Shown here: positions 36,512 to 47,495 of the stretch, piece by piece
Layout of the letters: each line of letters begins with the position of its first letter
Position numbering within the stretch: the stretch's first letter is position 1
The notes under the pieces: model-generated
What the model saw: the letters and a program-made list of their open reading frames with translations, nothing else
Database searches by the model: none
What the model was told of the DNA's origin: nothing
Assembly (NCBI GenBank): GCA_030295235.1
Contig: AP026149.1
Location: 434,001 to 498,000 of the forward strand
DNA from: Fistulifera solaris
Taxonomy: Eukaryota
Direction of reading: 5' to 3'
Length of the DNA stretch: 64,000 nt
Program-made: the position numbers and the translations under genes

Positions 36512-39181
36512 TTAGTTGCCTAGTAGACCGTATATAGTGTTGAAGCTATCGACAACCTCAAAAGTCTCTGCAAGCGTTGGAAGAACATCGGGTATTATGG
36601 TTTCGTCGAGATATGCAATCATGTTAATCTTGCCTTGTGAATCAATGAGGTTTTGATCTTGACCCAGCACCATATCATTCGTTGCAAATTTGCTACTCTC
36701 GAGTTCGTCTTTGAGGAAATTACCAAGATCCAAGCCCACAACTTTCATACTTTCGGTTGAACCACGGAGGCTGCATATGTAACTGAGAGTGCGTCCCAAG
36801 GACGCGGCCACGCGATAGGCTTGAGCTCGGACAAAATCGAAGTTTTCCTCCAGAAGACCGGGATTGTCTTCGTCTGAAGGGACACAGAAGTTTCCGTCGA
36901 TAAAATGGCCGTATTGAGTCCAAAATCGCACGTAGTTTTTAGCCATTTCCTTCATCACTCCCTTCGGTCCGAGTGGAGAATAGTTCATGACTTGCAGGAC
37001 AAGAGGTCGGCGTTGATACTGAACATCGCGTGGACTAGCGACCCCAAGGCATCCGCGGAGCTGGTGCTTTAGCAAGATTTCAAGGGCTTCGAGGCCACAA
37101 GCTCGTGCGTGGAAACTAAGCCCCAAGCGCTGTAGGGCGGCAGGAGTATAGCGACTTTCATCTCCAGCTATAGTGTAATACAGCGCCGAGGATTGATCCA
37201 TCACTTTAATAAGATAATCAGAGGCAAGACCCGAAACAATGTGGTCAGCAAGCCCGAGCTGAATGACGAGCATACGAAATGTCTTCATAGCATTCTCCAT
37301 GCGATTGTGATCAGGGAAGAAAGTCCTCGAAGTTGTTCCTGGACCATACGTTAGTAAATCCACTAGCCTCTTACAGTGATGTGCTGACGGAACTCGTTTA
37401 TGAAACATACATGTTACTGTCAAGAAACGTTTGCCGACAAAGCTTTCGGAAGAGTCCAGGGACGAAAGATAGACATCGCTCTCGGATTCGCCCATCTCTA
37501 CCACATCAGTAGCGAGCCCAAAGTAAGTGGGTTCACGACAAGGCCCTAATTTGATAACGGGATTGCCATCTCGATCTTTTGTACCGTACAATTTGGAAGC
37601 GGAATATCTAGCGGCTTGGGCCGTGGACGTTGATTTGTGTTTCTTGGTAACCAGGCTAGCATCATTTTCAGATTCAGCGTCGGAGGTACGTTGTCGAGGC
37701 ACCGCTTTTCGCTTTTTATTTGCTTCCGATTTGTTCGTTGATTTTGGAGTTTCAATAGGCAAAGCCCTTTCCTGCTCACTGCTCGAATCGAGAAGATCAA
37801 TTGTTGTTCGCCAGGCAGATCGCGTCTTCTTCGTGGCGTCCGGGCTCTTCTTAGTCGTTGCTGCATTTTGTTTTACCAAGTAGAAGTCTTCGTCGTCATC
37901 CGATTCCGCTTTGATCCTTGATATTTTTCGGGCTTGTTTCGTCTTTGTTGCTGTACCAGGAGTCCTAACGGGAGGATTATATTCAACCAAGTCACTCTCG
38001 TCAGTAACGACATCACTATCATATTCAACGTAAGAAACTTTTTTCAATGAGCCTCGAGACGATCGAACATCCAGAGCAGCGTTCAAAGACGAGCTATTTC
38101 GGGAAGACCTTGCCGCACCTATCTCTAGGGATGCTTTTGTATCTACGTTGCCCTCTGTCTTTGACTTCCCGGCGGAGAGCGAAGCAAGCACTCGAGACTT
38201 CTCCTTGCTCTGCAATGACTTCATAGATGTATTTGCTTTCGACTTTCCTGCGCAATTTTCCTCTGTCTTTAACGTGCTCATGGTGATAGTTGCGAGCACA
38301 GGAGACTTCTCTTTGCTCGTCAAAGGAGTCGTTATCACAGCACGAGGTGCAGGCCACGCAAGAATCGTCCGATCTGGCTGCATTCGAACGCTCAAAAAGA
38401 TTGCAGAGGCAATGGAAAAGTACGAAAACGCCTTTGTTTTCTTGTCTTCATAGATAACCACGACTCTGGCTTTCTTTTCGACCTTGTCGGCGACCCGACC
38501 CTTCTTCACTTGCCCAGAAGTGTTCGGAAAGCAAACGGGTAGTCCAGCCAACCATGTAGGGTTGTCAGCACCCTTGGATATCAACATGATGTGCTTGCGA
38601 ATGTTGACACCTGTTTGATACTCTCCATCATCATAGGCGACATCACAAGTCCCATTACTTGTATCGACGAACGCGACTCGACCGCGATACCACGTGCTGC
38701 CGTCGTAGTTGGCTTGCACAATATCCCCCGGTACTACATTAACAGGATCTAGCGTAGCCACAACTTTGTCGGGTTCGTCGGAAAGAACGATGTGATTCGG
38801 ATTCTTCTTGCTGGTTTCGACGAAACGTACTTCCTTGTGAGAGTATTCGCCTTCGCTCAAATCGTCAAAGCGCACGGCGAGATTGTTCTTTCCACAACGA
38901 TCCACCACTTCCCCAAGAAAGTAACCTTCGCCGGATTTCACGTCTTGTCCTTCTCGAAAGAAACAAGGTGCTAGCTCAAAGTAGACCGCACAGCGTCGTC
39001 CAATGAGACTGGCATTCGATTTCGTGACTTCGCGTTTTCTATTCATTGTGTTCTCCTTGTCGTGCGCTGAGATGAAACTCGGATAAGTCACTCCCATAGC
39101 TTCTAACCAGCCTTCTTTAATGTTGAGATGTGAACGAGAACAGAAAAGAGACGGGTAAACAGAGGAGACTTCTGGAAGCAT
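36512..39181 (-). CDS. Large protein with N-terminal Tudor/SH3-like folds and a disordered basic middle
   Basis: 889-aa ORF; WYRGRV...CDVAYDDGEYQTGV and FLGEVV...AVRFDD; KKRK NLS-like motif. Confidence 0.75.
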   Translation of the reverse strand: MLPEVSSVYPSLFCSRSHLNIKEGWLEAMGVTYPSFISAHDKENTMNRKREVTKSNASLIGRRCAVYFELAPCFFREGQDVKSGEGYFLGEVVDRCGKNNLAVRFDDLSEGEYSHKEVRFVETSKKNPNHIVLSDEPDKVVATLDPVNVVPGDIVQANYDGSTWYRGRVAFVDTSNGTCDVAYDDGEYQTGVNIRKHIMLISKGADNPTWLAGLPVCFPNTSGQVKKGRVADKVEKKARVVVIYEDKKTKAFSYFSIASAIFLSVRMQPDRTILAWPAPRAVITTPLTSKEKSPVLATITMSTLKTEENCAGKSKANTSMKSLQSKEKSRVLASLSAGKSKTEGNVDTKASLEIGAARSSRNSSSLNAALDVRSSRGSLKKVSYVEYDSDVVTDESDLVEYNPPVRTPGTATKTKQARKISRIKAESDDDEDFYLVKQNAATTKKSPDATKKTRSAWRTTIDLLDSSSEQERALPIETPKSTNKSEANKKRKAVPRQRTSDAESENDASLVTKKHKSTSTAQAARYSASKLYGTKDRDGNPVIKLGPCREPTYFGLATDVVEMGESESDVYLSSLDSSESFVGKRFLTVTCMFHKRVPSAHHCKRLVDLLTYGPGTTSRTFFPDHNRMENAMKTFRMLVIQLGLADHIVSGLASDYLIKVMDQSSALYYTIAGDESRYTPAALQRLGLSFHARACGLEALEILLKHQLRGCLGVASPRDVQYQRRPLVLQVMNYSPLGPKGVMKEMAKNYVRFWTQYGHFIDGNFCVPSDEDNPGLLEENFDFVRAQAYRVAASLGRTLSYICSLRGSTESMKVVGLDLGNFLKDELESSKFATNDMVLGQDQNLIDSQGKINMIAYLDETIIPDVLPTLAETFEVVDSFNTIYGLLGN

Positions 39182-39689
39182 GAAAAATGAAGGACGACAA
39201 ATGCGACGATCGTCGCGTTAGTTCATTATTTTTCCCGCGCAGATAAGGGTGAGCTAAATATTTCGAACCCTCTCAAATGCGCGCTCCACACTCTGGGCCG
39301 ACACGGTGCGCGCACGCCGACCTCCGCCGTCGAACGCTGATTGCTGGCTGCTGGCTGCAGGTTCTGAAAAAGAGCATGACAGTCTTATTGGTGTGGCTAT
39401 ACCCAATGTAACGGTAAGATGATTTTTAGCAAAACAAAAGGTTCTTACTCATGATTGATTTCCAGTCGTGAAAAGTTTGTGGTACAATTTCGCATTATAC
39501 GGAGTTTAATTTTTAGTATAGTCTTAAATGCAGCTTGCAGTGCTAGTACGACGGCGCTATGCTCAAATACTTCTCTCACGGAATTTCTGTAGGTGTTGTT
39601 CCTATTATTGACGTCATTTTATGAATCACTTCCCTCGATTCGAAAACTCATAGCCGATGAGACTACTGATACAGAGTTTAATCGCCTGT

Positions 39690-39969
39690 CACGCCAACTC
39701 ACGAAGTGTCATTTCTTCCGAAAACATGTTCAAAGTGGTGAATTGAAGATCAACAAGATTGACACTAGAGAACAGCTTGCGGATATCATGACGAAAGGTT
39801 TGCCTAGGGAAACGTTTACCTATCTTTGAGACAAGTTAATTGGTTGAGCTGAAAGTGGTCCCTCTTCGTCTGAAAGGGAGTGTCAAGGTATTGCGGATAG
39901 CAGGCAGACTACTAGGGACTCAACATCGCCGGATTTAGCCGCCGATGCGAACATACATTACCTTCAACA
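39690..39969 (+). mobile_element. Truncated Ty1/copia remnant (RNase H C-terminus, PPT, short LTR)
   Basis: HFFRKHVQSGELKINKIDTREQLADIMTKGL, an in-frame stop, purine tract GAAAGGGAG then TGTCAAGG at 39881; possible LTR end CCTTCAACA at 39969. Confidence 0.8.
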
Positions 39970-40088
39970 TACGAACCAGAGGATGTTTCGAAAGAAAGTA
40001 GCTGCAAATATGACTCTTGAAATAATAGGGCTGCCAAAACGAAAGATACAAACTTTCGGACACTAAAGCTTTAACAACTGATTCAAGA

Positions 40089-41879
40089 TTATTTATCAAG
40101 CTTCTCTGCTAGATCTTCGTCAAACGTGGGCAGATTTGGTCGAAATGTCAGATACGCGGCTAGGCCTAGGAATGGAACATACTTGGCGAATGCCACCAGA
40201 GTGTTATTCGTTTCCCCGGGACTACTGCGGCGTTTCCAGTCGTCCTCAACCAGCCAACCTTGAAAGAGTGCGAAAATGACATAATCGACCAAGAAGCTAG
40301 ATCCTACGCGATCAATACTCAATAAATCGACGAAACTTTGGTAGCGCGACGCAAAGTCGACGCCATATTGAATTTCGTCTACACGGCCGAACATAGTCCA
40401 TCCTAACGCTACTCCAAACAGTCCTGTCATCGCGATTCCCCACCACTTGGCTTCTCCAATTGCCCTTGTAAAGAATGACAGCTCGAATGGGGCGTCGTCT
40501 CTTGTAGCCGTTACCCGCGATCGAAACGCGAGATACGGCAACAGGAACGCCGACGTCAGAAATTGCATGCCGACAACGATGGGTCCGTATGCCAAACCCT
40601 TTCCAATCTTCTTGGGATCATCGTCTTCGACCAGAAAACCGGCAAAAAGACCAGCATACGCCAGTAATCCATTGAATACAGCTTCCAAGTAGGGATGCAC
40701 GGAGGGACTAAAGGGCAAATGCAACACTGGACTAACAAACGCAAAATTCAAACTCAATCCAAGTACTTCTTCCCACGTGCGCTGTTCCAGCGCCAAAGCG
40801 TTGGCACCCGGTAAGATACCATCCGAAAGGAAAACCACGGACAAATACAAGATCCATGCAGTAAAAGGAACCCATCGTTGCGGCTCTTGTGAGAAGGTAT
40901 GAAAAGGCACGGATTTGATGGGCTGCGAATCCACAAAGTCGAGACCCGAAAGTATTTGTTGCTTTTTCACATCCATCTGATAGACCGAAATGCCGTTCGT
41001 AAAGGGCAATTGCTGATTCGTATTTTTGTTAGTGACGTGCCAGCGAACCATGGCTGTTGTTTTACTCGCATTCTGAACAAAATCATCTACCACGAATTGT
41101 GTGAAAGACAAAGCCTGTCGGCATACTTCCAAATGTTGTGTGAGTGCAGCTTTGCCTTGTATCGGCTGAGGGAATGCAGTATCGTCGTATATGATAGTAT
41201 CGGCAAACAAATGGGATGCATCCTCATTCCGATTCCACGCTAAAAAATATTTTTCAGGCAAGGAGAATGCCATAGTGTCGTCAATGATCTCTTCGTTTGC
41301 GACTGAATTCGCGTCTTGACCTCTGGAAAGTACTTGGTTTGCACGTGCTAGCAACCTCAAAGAATCTGATCCCTTCTTTTGTGACGGTTCCGGAATCCAT
41401 TGGACAAAAGTCAAAAGATTGTCGGGTCGTCGCTTCATCCAAACGGCTCCCCTCCCAACTCCTGTTTGTTGATACGAAAAAGCTATTTGTGTTGCGTCGG
41501 AAATAGTGTCAATGATTTGCAAATCGAACGGAATGGGATTTTCTCGCAACCACGCGGCGACGGCGCCTTTGCCTGTGACGGGCTGATAATGAAAGCGCGT
41601 ATCTTGCCAGGTAATGTCATCGTGCAATAATTGTAAGATTCCCTCATAATCCTGACTATTCAATGCATCAACGAATGCATCGAGCAGCGGCGTGGATGGG
41701 GCTGTTATTGTCGATGCCGTTTGCAAAAGAGGAGATAAAGAAGTCTTCGTTCTCGACGCTGTTTGTGTTCGAGGCAAAAATGAAAGGACGTTTTGTGTAA
41801 GCCACGCTACACCGAACCATGCGAAGCACATCAAGCGCCTTCGGAGCATCATTGTTTTAATGTTTATAAGCCGCGACAA
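40089..41879 (-). CDS. Tandem SnoaL/NTF2-like domains fused to a multi-TM domain, plastid-type N-terminus
   Basis: LLHDDITWQD..PVTGK and LFADTIIYDDTAFPQPIQGK repeats; FLTSAFLLPYLAFR, SFLVD, DDWKRR, VPFLGLAAYL. Confidence 0.75.
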   Translation of the reverse strand: MSRLINIKTMMLRRRLMCFAWFGVAWLTQNVLSFLPRTQTASRTKTSLSPLLQTASTITAPSTPLLDAFVDALNSQDYEGILQLLHDDITWQDTRFHYQPVTGKGAVAAWLRENPIPFDLQIIDTISDATQIAFSYQQTGVGRGAVWMKRRPDNLLTFVQWIPEPSQKKGSDSLRLLARANQVLSRGQDANSVANEEIIDDTMAFSLPEKYFLAWNRNEDASHLFADTIIYDDTAFPQPIQGKAALTQHLEVCRQALSFTQFVVDDFVQNASKTTAMVRWHVTNKNTNQQLPFTNGISVYQMDVKKQQILSGLDFVDSQPIKSVPFHTFSQEPQRWVPFTAWILYLSVVFLSDGILPGANALALEQRTWEEVLGLSLNFAFVSPVLHLPFSPSVHPYLEAVFNGLLAYAGLFAGFLVEDDDPKKIGKGLAYGPIVVGMQFLTSAFLLPYLAFRSRVTATRDDAPFELSFFTRAIGEAKWWGIAMTGLFGVALGWTMFGRVDEIQYGVDFASRYQSFVDLLSIDRVGSSFLVDYVIFALFQGWLVEDDWKRRSSPGETNNTLVAFAKYVPFLGLAAYLTFRPNLPTFDEDLAEKLDK

Positions 41880-42162
41880 AGGAGTGAAATGATTGAGAAG
41901 ACAAAGAGTTTGTCGATGATGCGATTTTTGCTTTCTCGTTGTCGAATGACGAATGACGTGTCCTACACTCTTCGACAGTGCGACAGTCTGTGCTTTACTC
42001 CTTTGGTCTGTGTTGGGGTTGGGAGTTGGGAGCCTCCGTATTATTGTCAGATCGCAACTAGTCTAAGCTCTCGACCTTCATGCACAAAGTCGTCTCGCGT
42101 CAGCCTCCTAGTCAACATTTCTTTCTCCTAACATCTCTCTTGTCGCTATCATTTCTTTTCCT

Positions 42163-43560
42163 TTAGTCCTGCTTTTCTTTATTGGTAGCGCTACTTTCTT
42201 GCTTCTTCTTGATGCATTGTCGATAGCGTTTTATCTCCCGGAACAAACCGAAAAGGTTAGGAAGAAGCAAGGGTATCAACAACGGCACAAAAATTCCAAA
42301 GTAATGGTCCCGAGACAAATCAATGGGCGGTGATAGTGTAGGATTGCGTTCTAAGTGCACTTCAAGAAGACTCACAGCACTTTCAAGTAAACCAAGAGCG
42401 TTCGTTTCGTCATGACGAGCTTCCTCCAGCAATTGATATGCTTTCCACCAAACGGACGACATTTCTTCCATTATATTCATCGTTCGTGGTGATTCAAGTA
42501 GTAGCTGTCGGGAAATTTGCAGTTGCTCCGTCACTTGGGTAAACGCTTGTCGAATTTGTTGTTGTTGCGAAAGTTTCCTGTAGAAATGGGGCAATACGAG
42601 TGCTGTCTCTCTATCGTCATAAGGCATCCTCGCCAGGTCGATCGGAGCTGTAGGGCCCAGCGGAGGTATCCCCCAACATCGTGTCATTACAGTATTCAAA
42701 AGCGTTACAAAACGTTGGTAATTCTCCGAAGAATTGTTGTCATGCATGGTCAAAACTGCCAAGAAATACGAGTTCGGTTCCTCCACCAGCCACACATCGT
42801 CTTCTTCATTATCGCCTACGGTCACAAGGTCACGTCCTGGAAGATACAATGCCACCGTTGTTTCATGCATTACTGTATCGACGTTCGTAACTAGAGTATC
42901 TTTTACATTCGACAGAGGTATTCGCCATTCCGGAAGCGTGTTGTTGTTGTTGTCGTCGTTTGTTAACCTTCCTTTCTGGACCGCCGTCGGCAACCATTCC
43001 ACCGTAGTAAAAGACGTGCGATACGAGCATCGATGATTTACCATCATTTGAGACCAATCGTGCTCATACGATGAGGACCATTCCTGGATCTGCTGCCATA
43101 ATAGGCTAGTCGAATGATTGTTTTCGGCTTGACTCTTTTCTACCAAAAACTGAAAGTGAAGATTGTTGGGCCGTGCAGCTGCATCATGAGAATACAAATA
43201 CTGCCAGTCCACCAACTCGTTTCCAGGTCGCGGAAAGAAAAAGAGTAGGCCGTCGGAAGCGAAATACAAGCGTGCTTTTGTTTGCAGTGAGGATATGCAC
43301 ACAATCATATCGACACCTTCGGTTAATGTCTCCACGTTTGCATTGTTTTGGAGAAAACAAAGTCGCTGCAACGTTTCCTCCGACGTTCCTTTCCAGAAAA
43401 TAGTTGTATTCTTGTTCACGGAAGATGATTGCCACATATTTAATTGATGATCTGGTACGAGAACCGTCACGGCCATTCTTGAAAAAGAAAGCTTCGTGGC
43501 TAGCACTTCAGGACTTTTTTGGAGAGCTCCTCGACCATGTTGCGGTAAAAGGGAATGCAA
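42163..43560 (-). CDS. GPI transamidase subunit PIG-S-like; 5' end uncertain (frameshift near 43518)
   Basis: C-terminal DHYFGIFVPLLIPLLLP TM followed by REIKRYR and a lysine-rich tail. Confidence 0.55.
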   Translation of the reverse strand: MHSLLPQHGRGALQKSPEVLATKLSFSRMAVTVLVPDHQLNMWQSSSVNKNTTIFWKGTSEETLQRLCFLQNNANVETLTEGVDMIVCISSLQTKARLYFASDGLLFFFPRPGNELVDWQYLYSHDAAARPNNLHFQFLVEKSQAENNHSTSLLWQQIQEWSSSYEHDWSQMMVNHRCSYRTSFTTVEWLPTAVQKGRLTNDDNNNNTLPEWRIPLSNVKDTLVTNVDTVMHETTVALYLPGRDLVTVGDNEEDDVWLVEEPNSYFLAVLTMHDNNSSENYQRFVTLLNTVMTRCWGIPPLGPTAPIDLARMPYDDRETALVLPHFYRKLSQQQQIRQAFTQVTEQLQISRQLLLESPRTMNIMEEMSSVWWKAYQLLEEARHDETNALGLLESAVSLLEVHLERNPTLSPPIDLSRDHYFGIFVPLLIPLLLPNLFGLFREIKRYRQCIKKKQESSATNKEKQD

Positions 43561-44266
43561 GACATGTCATAGGAACGACACAATCCAAAATAAAACGCCG
43601 TTCCGGCCAAGACAAGTAATTGCGAAAGAAACGCACTCGCAATGAGTACACGTGTTCCTGCCATTGTATCGGGGTTAAAGGATTGAAAAAATATAGCAAG
43701 TGAAATGGAATGAATTAATACGTATTAGGTTAGAATGATCAAAGACGAAGAGGAAAAAAAATGAAAAGCAAAAGGGCAATAAAAAGCGTAGATGTTAGAT
43801 GCCCTATATGCCAATATGCCTATATGTACGGGCAGCAGACAAACCTCGGACTTTGAAATTGACTCAAGTCTCAAGTGTCATGTGCATGTTTCGCATCTTG
43901 GCTCCCCGAACCTCACCGAATTCTGTAAATCATGCTCTGCCTAGCCATACCTGGTATACTATCAAAACCTACATTTCAATTCTATTTCAGAGCCTAGACT
44001 TGCCGCATAGTCCCCCCAGATACACGTCTATTATTTAACTTCGACATCTCTAGCCCTACCGACCCGACTGCTTTCGATTAAGGTTAAAGTCCAATCTCTC
44101 TCTCTCTCGCCGCCGTACTGTACTTTGTACACGTGCAGCACACAGACCGCCAACTCATTAATTGGTACTCCTATAAAGACAGCATGACAACGATGCGAAA
44201 CCTTCATTTGTTACACTTTTAAGTCGTCATTCGCATGACTTATTCGTCTCAAATTGCGTCTTTCTT

Positions 44267-45274
44267 GTGTCCTTGATGCGAATAAAACTTGAAAAGACGC
44301 TGAGTGTTTGGTTGACGTTACGACCTTCTTCTTTCACGCGTCTCTTTGCGACAACCATGCCAACCGCATCGAATTATCAAAGCGGCATCGTCATGATCCT
44401 ATCACCCGCCAAGACACTCGATTTATCTCCGTTTGACAGCGATAGTACTATCATGAAAGATTTGGAAGTCACACGACCCAACTGTCATGATGAGCAGACC
44501 CGATGTATTGCACAGTACATGAAACAACGTTCCACCAACGAACTGGCCAAATTACTTTCACTGTCGACTACTTTAGCCCAAACAGCCGCCAGTTATTGGA
44601 AAGCGTATGATGACGAAACATCCTCGAACAACCCACAAGCGAAACCGTGTATATTTGCTTTCTCGGGTGCCGCCTATCAAGGCTTGGATATTTCTACTTG
44701 TGACAATGCGGCCTTGTCGTACATGCAAAGCTGTCTCCGCATTCTTGATCCATTGTACGGTGTTTTGCGACCACTAGATCTGATTCAACCCTATCGTCTC
44801 GAAATGGCTACGAAGAACGTAATACTAGATGCCAAAAAGAAGAGCGTGAAATTGAGTGATTATTGGAAACCAGCCGTAACGCGACGGTTGTCTGACGAAC
44901 TCTCGCAATCATCGATTATTCTCCTGAATTTGGCCAGCGATGAGTATTCGATTGCCGTCGATTCTTCCAACCTCCCTGAGCAAACGAAATATATCAAGGT
45001 GGTATTTCACGAATCGAACGGAAAAGTGGTTGCGGTTCATGCGAAGCGCGCGCGGGGCTTGATGGTGCGATATTTGGCTTCTGTACAAGCGACCACAGTC
45101 GAAGAAATTCAAAAATTTGACTTAGAAGGTTATGCATTTCAATCAAATGCTTCAGATGAAATAACCTTTGTTTTCCAGCGACAGTCCACGCCAGTGACCG
45201 CGTCGTCAAAACGCACAACTGCCACGGCAACGAAAAAGCCCGTCGCTAAACGAACGCGAAAGGCTCAAGACTAA
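44267..45274 (+). CDS. yaaA: YaaA/UPF0246 (DUF328) peroxide-stress DNA-binding protein
   Basis: ILSPAKTLD, GAAYQGLD, LYGVLRPLDLIQPYRLEM, LNLASDEYS, HAKRARGLMVRY. Confidence 0.93.
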   Translation: MSLMRIKLEKTLSVWLTLRPSSFTRLFATTMPTASNYQSGIVMILSPAKTLDLSPFDSDSTIMKDLEVTRPNCHDEQTRCIAQYMKQRSTNELAKLLSLSTTLAQTAASYWKAYDDETSSNNPQAKPCIFAFSGAAYQGLDISTCDNAALSYMQSCLRILDPLYGVLRPLDLIQPYRLEMATKNVILDAKKKSVKLSDYWKPAVTRRLSDELSQSSIILLNLASDEYSIAVDSSNLPEQTKYIKVVFHESNGKVVAVHAKRARGLMVRYLASVQATTVEEIQKFDLEGYAFQSNASDEITFVFQRQSTPVTASSKRTTATATKKPVAKRTRKAQD

Positions 45275-45333
45275 AACTTTACGAAACTTAAACGGAGCTA
45301 CATACTAGCACCTATTTGCTCGCAGTGCATACA

Positions 45334-46031
45334 TTACCAGGGCCACGATTTCTTTTTCGGGGGTTCTTCTTTCGGAGGAAGATCTTTCTTTTCTTTCTTG
45401 CCGCCAAAGAACGACGATAACTTACCCATCACATCAGAGTCGTCATCGACGTAACCCTGCTCGGCGTAAGGTAATCGTAAATCAAAGCGGCCGCCATTAT
45501 CGAACTTGCCTCCGACCTAAAAGAATAGAAGTTCTTGAGTTTAAAAGTACAAAAACTTTTAACACACACGACAAGACTCACTCCGAATTCTCCTCCGACT
45601 CCAAAACTAGCGATCGGTAACGGAATACCACCAATCTTTTTAGGATCACCGTATTGATTGTCTAGATCTGAGATTGATCCATCCGCACGACGCTTCTTCC
45701 ATTCATCCAACGGATCTTCGCCCTTGGCGTACGACTTTTTCTGCCAGGCCCACATTTGTTCTTGTTTTGCGGTAGCTTCCGCTCGGCGTTGCGCTACTTT
45801 GTTGAAGTATTGTTCACGTTCGGCCTGCGGCTTGCGGCGATTCTTTAAAATTTCTTGTTGCCGTTCCCATTGCTCGTCTAAATCGTCTTTACCGGAACCC
45901 ATGCCTTTGAAACCGTCGAACAAGCCCATGTGAAGCGCGGAAGACGACGAGCTGGAGGACTGTGCCGGCAGCATATAGGCGCTTCCTCCGCCCAAAAGAA
46001 CAAACAAAGAAGCACCTCTTGTCAGTTTCAT
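45334..46031 (-). CDS. Conserved-looking plastid-targeted hypothetical protein, 2 exons
   Basis: Signal peptide plus Ser-rich transit (SAY...ALHMGLFD); intron 45517-45581; exon 2 reads VGGKFDNGGRFDLRLPYAEQGYVD...KKSWPW. Confidence 0.8.
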
Positions 46032-46760
46032 CTTGCTCGTTGATATGACTCCTCTAGTCACTTGCTTAACCACCAAATGAGTTGATTCTGTTTTCCGCGT
46101 TTCATCGTTTTTTTTTCGTTCTTGAATAAATAAAAGTCGAGCTCTTTTTTGGGATGACGTCGGCACAGTTTCCCATGAATGAATCACGAGTGGTTGCCAA
46201 GGCTTGAGTCATGAATCCTCCAGATAACGTTAACTCTAATGATAGAAGAACGACGACTTTTTGCGCATTTCGAAAAAGTCCCAGTTTTCGGAAATTTGGT
46301 ACATCTTCATTGTATACTGAATGATGTGGCGAACAAGTATGACTCGCAAAAACATCAAAGTGCAGCTTTGATGTTCCCTGACGGAAAAGGTAAGATTTTG
46401 GCTGACCAGACTATCGATCGCAAAGTAGTCCGCCCCGGACACAATTTTGATTGGCTGGAGTTGACTTTCGTGGCGAAAAACGTCAGTGATTTTGGGACGA
46501 CGAGAACCACAAATTTTCCGGTCGCTCATTCGACTATAGTTCTTTGTGTAGAGGGCCTAACTCCAACCACTGCGTATGGATCGTACGAGCGCTCTACGAC
46601 CAAATCCTCTGCGTTGGTTGCATTTGCAAAGTGACAAAGATACGTCTGCGTTTCTTGCATTTCCATAACATCGTTCCTCCTAGAATACAATTAAATACAT
46701 CAACTCTACTTGTCTCCAATTACCTTGAATTGAACGAGAGCGAAAGTAGAAGTTCTTGAA

Positions 46761-47273
46761 ATGCCCCGGCTACAATCGCACTCTGTTCGGTTGACAAGAT
46801 GTTTCTTGTGCTGCGTGATCGCTCTTTGTATGTGCAGCACGGTTGTTGCATGGTCGCCAGCGACAGGGAAGGCCTTTCAATCCGTTCACAGCAAAACATC
46901 AGCTCGACGAGTAGGCTTTGTGGTCACTGATAAGAAAATTTCACAAAAACCGAACTTAACCGAACAAAAGATGTTGCGGAATCCAAGCAACCCCAATGTG
47001 AGAGACTCGAACAAAACGAGTACAACGAAACTCTCTCACTCCGTGCTGGCGGACTGTGATACTCTACCCTCTTTTCCAACTGCTCATGGACTCCTTTCTC
47101 CGGAAACAGTCATGCTACTAGAAGATTATTCGCATCGAAACGATGCCAGTGAAGCCCTAGTGACTTTTTTGGACCAATATCGACGAAACGGGCCGCTCTC
47201 ATGTCTGCACATGCTGAGTGACCCAGAGATACTACCCCATCTCACCCGAGCTATGCGAGAAATCACTGCTTAA
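46761..47273 (+). CDS. Hypothetical signal-peptide protein
   Basis: Hydrophobic N-terminus ending VVAW; ordered C-terminal domain PTAHGLLSPETV...GPLSCL.MLSDP. Confidence 0.65.
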   Translation: MPRLQSHSVRLTRCFLCCVIALCMCSTVVAWSPATGKAFQSVHSKTSARRVGFVVTDKKISQKPNLTEQKMLRNPSNPNVRDSNKTSTTKLSHSVLADCDTLPSFPTAHGLLSPETVMLLEDYSHRNDASEALVTFLDQYRRNGPLSCLHMLSDPEILPHLTRAMREITA

Positions 47274-47495
47274 GAGGCGCCTGGCCTCACGCGCGCAAGA
47301 AAAATGCTTACATCATCCTGTTTCCTTACCATCCAAGCCCACTGTACTAATAATGAATTATTAGAATTCAATACATGACCTCTATTTCATTCGCTAGTCG
47401 ATTCTTACTAGGGTATAGTTTGTGTTAACAAAGAGTTCGTGACGCGTAGAGGTGGAATTGGATCGAAGTCCATGCCCTGAGAAAGGCATTAGTAA

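Noticed and set aside
46239..46634. 131-aa ORF between divergent genes
   Set aside because: No recognisable motif and it occupies probable promoter space; cannot support it as a gene, though not excluded
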